This document shows positions 60,955 through 64,000 of a stretch of 64,000 bases of DNA, one piece after another (position 1 is the stretch's first letter; each line of letters begins with the position of its first letter). The translations under genes and the position numbers were made by a program. The DNA is from Bdellovibrionales bacterium (GTDB lineage Bacteria; Bdellovibrionota; Bdellovibrionia; Bdellovibrionales; JAUICD01), in the NCBI GenBank assembly GCA_965203275.1, contig OZ241865.1, positions 2,208,001-2,272,000 on the forward strand. The letters are read 5' to 3'. The notes beneath the pieces were generated by a model, which worked only from the letters and a program-made list of their open reading frames with translations, searched no databases and had not been told where the DNA came from.

Positions 60955-61533
60955 CTATACTTCTCTGTCATTGCAATAGTTTAAATATTCACATTGTCCA
61001 CATTGATGAGCCGTAGCATCACTTGGTGGTTTGTGGTTATCAAATAGCATTTTAAATATTTTGTCCACAATTAATTTTAACTTTTCACGTTTTTCATTAT
61101 CTATTTCAACGACTTTAAGCTTTCCATCTCCTGTTAAAATAAAACCATGACTTGCTTGTTTACTAAAATGTTTTTCAGCCAACAAAGCATAAGCTAGTAA
61201 TTGCATAATATGACCAGAATTAACTTTCTTGCCTAATTTATATTCAACAGCAAAAACACGATCAGGTGTTTCAATAATCAAATCAGATATGCCATGAAGC
61301 CTTAAAGTTTTATTTTTCAAATTTATATTATGATGTTTGATACCTTCTTTCAGGTGAAATCGAGATAAATTTCTTCTTTTAAATAAAATAGTCTCACGTT
61401 GATGATATGCACCACCTTGCTTTGACCAAAGTGGCTCTAAGGCTTTCATGCCAAGCAGTTCTCTATAATAAACTACTCTAGGACAAAAACACCACTGCCT
61501 TAATAAATTAATAGGTAAATTATAGTCCTCCAT
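60955..61533 (-). CDS. cas4: CRISPR-associated exonuclease Cas4
   Basis: QWCFCPR, GISDLI...VEYK, QLLAYAL and CGQCEYLNYC. Confidence 0.95.
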   Translation of the reverse strand: MEDYNLPINLLRQWCFCPRVVYYRELLGMKALEPLWSKQGGAYHQRETILFKRRNLSRFHLKEGIKHHNINLKNKTLRLHGISDLIIETPDRVFAVEYKLGKKVNSGHIMQLLAYALLAEKHFSKQASHGFILTGDGKLKVVEIDNEKREKLKLIVDKIFKMLFDNHKPPSDATAHQCGQCEYLNYCNDREV

Positions 61534-61825
61534 ACTCTCTCCAGTCTTTAAAATCATTTTTCTGATAACCTACACAAGTTGTATACTTACCAAAATAATT
61601 AATAGCAATAGGTGTGATCAAACATTTATCAGATGGTTCTAACGAATCCTTAACATGCCTAGCAATGGCATTGTATTCTGCCTTTGTTAAAAAGCCCCAA
61701 AACACTGATTTTTGTATAGGGAATAAACCATAATCTCGCAATATTTGAAATAACTTTGTCCTTTTTTTGTTCTCTTCAATGTCATAAGAGATTAAAAACT
61801 CACTTCTTATAGATTTGACAGGCAT
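61520..61825 (-). CDS. cas2: CRISPR-associated protein Cas2
   Basis: LISYDI...KRTKL...IQKSVFWG. Confidence 0.95.
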   Translation of the reverse strand: MPVKSIRSEFLISYDIEENKKRTKLFQILRDYGLFPIQKSVFWGFLTKAEYNAIARHVKDSLEPSDKCLITPIAINYFGKYTTCVGYQKNDFKDWREYGGL

Positions 61826-61830
61826 AATAT

Positions 61831-62795
61831 TCACCACTTAAATAAATAAGGTTTATATTTTTGTCTTTCTTGAAAATAACCGCTTAAACGATAAACCTGC
61901 CTTTGAATAATATTTTCTAATCGCACTTTTTTCTTACGATAAAGATGCCTTTTTGCTAAAACTTTTTGAACTTCATTTATAAGTTCTTTTTTAAGAGATG
62001 GCTCCAGAAACTTTTTATCAGAAGCATTTTGACGTAACTTGATCACAGCACGATCCACAACTTGAGCTCTATATTCTTCCATTAAATCTAAAACCAAAGA
62101 AGGTTTCCCTGGGCGTTGAACATGGTAAAAACCAAGGTAAGGCTCTAAGCCAGCATTCACAATAGCATTGAAAATATAACTACTTAAAATAGCATATCCA
62201 AAGTTCAACATAGCATTGGCAATCTCTTGACTACCACGCCCTTCCCTTGTTTTAAAACTTGATGGCAAAAGTTGACTTTGAACAAGAGCTTGAAAATAAC
62301 TTTTAGAAGCAAAGCCTTCTATACCTAAAAGCCTTGTTATATCTTCACTTCTACTAGCTGTATTAGCTTGCTCTTTAAGGATTTCAGAAGCATCAAATAA
62401 GGCCTGATGTTTATGATATTTGTTTAAATGATTTAAAACTGCACGTTGATTACGTATTTTCCCGTAAACAACTTGACGTGATAAAGCAAGATTTCTTTCA
62501 TCACAAGCCTTGATTTGACCTTTCTTACTGCAACCACTGCATGTTGATGACTTGCTACAAGTCCGCTGTGAGCTACACCCCTAAAATCAAGAAAGAATAA
62601 TTTAATCCCTCTTAAAGTAAAAGATTCTATAAGGTCACTCGAAAAGGTCACCCCACGTTTGGCAATAGACAAAGTCGAAAGGCGATTTAAAGGGAAGATA
62701 TATTCCGAAGGTGATTTATTTTTATTGACTACAACTAGTAAGCCACTACGAATCCCTACATAAGTTCCATAATTAAATATCACTAAATGTTTCAT
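61831..62795 (-). pseudogene. cas1: cas1 with a 1-nt frameshift near 62520
   Basis: Adding one base in AGAAAGG gives a continuous Cas1 (...KIRNQ...LLGIEG...NAMLNFGY...GFYH...LVLDLMEEYR). Confidence 0.9.
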
Positions 62796-62970
62796 TGACC
62801 TTATCTTACAATATCTTATAATAAAAAACCGGTCGTATAAACTCCCGGATGAAAATTTCGGATGAATATTTTTTAATTCTTTATTGTTCTTAGAATAGCA
62901 TATTTTTACAAATAAATCAAATAAAAAACAATTCTAAGACAAGTTTTATCATATTGAGACATTATGGATT

Positions 62971-63855
62971 TTATTTTAAGGAATTATCATTTTTAAAGAC
63001 AGCCTGCAAAAGAGCTTGTTTGACTTTTTCGTTTAAACTTGAACCTATGTATTCAATGGGTTGATTAATTTCTTTTAATTTGTCTAAATCACTGGTTGTT
63101 CTTGCCTTTGTTAAAGGATCGTTTTGAATGACCTGAATACTTTCATCATTTAATTGATCTATGGGAGTTAATTTTATTTTAGGTCTTGTGACATTATCAA
63201 TTTGATATTCTAGTTTTTTTACAAATGATTTTAACTCTTTGTGATCATCTAAGTTGATATTAATCCAGGAGTCAGGGATATGTTTTATATGATCTTTTTC
63301 AAGAAAAAAATCTTTAGTATCTTTAGTATTCAAGTTTAATTTGAATTGTTTCTTAGAGCGGAAGGGCTTATTGATAACTTTTTTCAATTCACCTTTAGTT
63401 CTATTAATAGCAAAGCTAGAGAATTTATTCCCATCTTTTTTTGAATTAGAATCACTCCATATCTGATATATTGGTTTTTTATTCCAAGAAGTTCTTTTTT
63501 GAAGTGTGTGTCCTCCCTTTGTAGGCACTGGTAAAGAAAACATTTTTCTAACTTTTTGATGTTGATGATATTTTTGATTTTTAAAAATAAGATGATCCTT
63601 TAGAAAATCTTTAAGTGATAATTTAGGGTTTTGATTTCTTTTTTCTTCCCAATCTTTATGTAACCTATACCATTGCTCTTTAACTGGCAAAGTTAATGTT
63701 TTCTTTTCTATTTTAATTTCAAAAGCTTCTTTTTTGATCATTTGAGCTTTGCAGTGTAGCTGATCAGCTATACACTGAAGCTTTTTTAAATCCAAATTAT
63801 TTTTTAAGCCCTTTTGATCTGTTAAAGGTATGATCTTTTGTGGGGAAAAAATAAT
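62971..63855 (-). pseudogene. cas9: C-terminal (WED/PAM-interacting) part of a type II-B Cas9
   Basis: LTLPVKEQWYRL, HQKVRKMFSLPV, KRTSW...IYQI and YQIDNVTRPK resemble the Francisella-type Cas9 C-terminus as recalled; cas9-cas1-cas2-cas4 order; in-frame stop at 63856-63858. Confidence 0.85.
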
Positions 63856-63878
63856 TTATAAAAAAATAAAAAGATTGC

Positions 63879-63907
63879 TTGATTTTACAGGTAGAGTATT
63901 TTATCTT
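63879..63907 (+). promoter_or_regulatory. Putative tracrRNA promoter
   Basis: TTGATT-17 nt-TATCTT immediately upstream of the anti-repeat. Confidence 0.55.
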
Positions 63908-63911
63908 CTTT

Positions 63912-64000
63912 TTTCATAAGCATAGGTTAAAATTCTTAACCGCTGTAATCATCTAAAAGCATCTTGAACGGACCTCTACATCGCGTACGTCTGCCCTTCT
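63912..64000 (+). ncRNA. Type II-B tracrRNA (runs to window edge)
   Basis: 26-nt anti-repeat fully pairable with the repeat (4 G-U), then CTGTAATCATCTAAAAGCATCTTGAACGGACCTCT...ACGTCTG, close to the Francisella novicida tracrRNA scaffold as recalled. Confidence 0.9.

Noticed and set aside
62971..63795. 274-aa ORF as a novel compact CRISPR effector
   Set aside because: No nuclease motifs seen; it resembles the type II-B Cas9 C-terminus, and repeat, tracrRNA and gene order all indicate II-B

Overview
AT-rich bacterial chromosomal segment. The gene content and the style of the efp, uvrA and pilin proteins suggest Bdellovibrionota; this is inference, not a database result. Housekeeping genes are gpmI, gcvP, efp, a uvrA-family gene, PBP1A, eno, purB, sufB, yceD-rpmF-fabH, a PEP-synthase regulator, phoU, moxR, yajC-secD-secF, queC and ddl. 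Between them lies a dense accessory layer: (1) at least 7 near-identical tandem transcription units encoding a membrane-anchored coiled-coil protein with variable numbers of two 11-aa modules; (2) roughly 20 full or partial copies of a ~150-nt branched palindromic element with compensatory changes, an unpaired A, an AGA triloop and a mostly GNNA tetraloop, occurring nested, in tandem and inverted; (3) a ~23 x 41-bp palindromic tandem array abutting a Fic gene; (4) an intact IS256-family element with an 8-bp target duplication splitting a gene; (5) three type IV pilin genes with a nuclease-like gene between them and a 48-bp inverted repeat upstream; (6) a decaying type II-B CRISPR-Cas locus with 24 repeats, cas4, cas2, a frameshifted cas1 and a cas9 reduced to its C-terminal part. 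That locus has a Francisella-like tracrRNA plus a second, duplicated tracrRNA-like RNA with an extended scaffold. The best candidates for undescribed biology are the covarying palindromic element and the dual tracrRNA arrangement.
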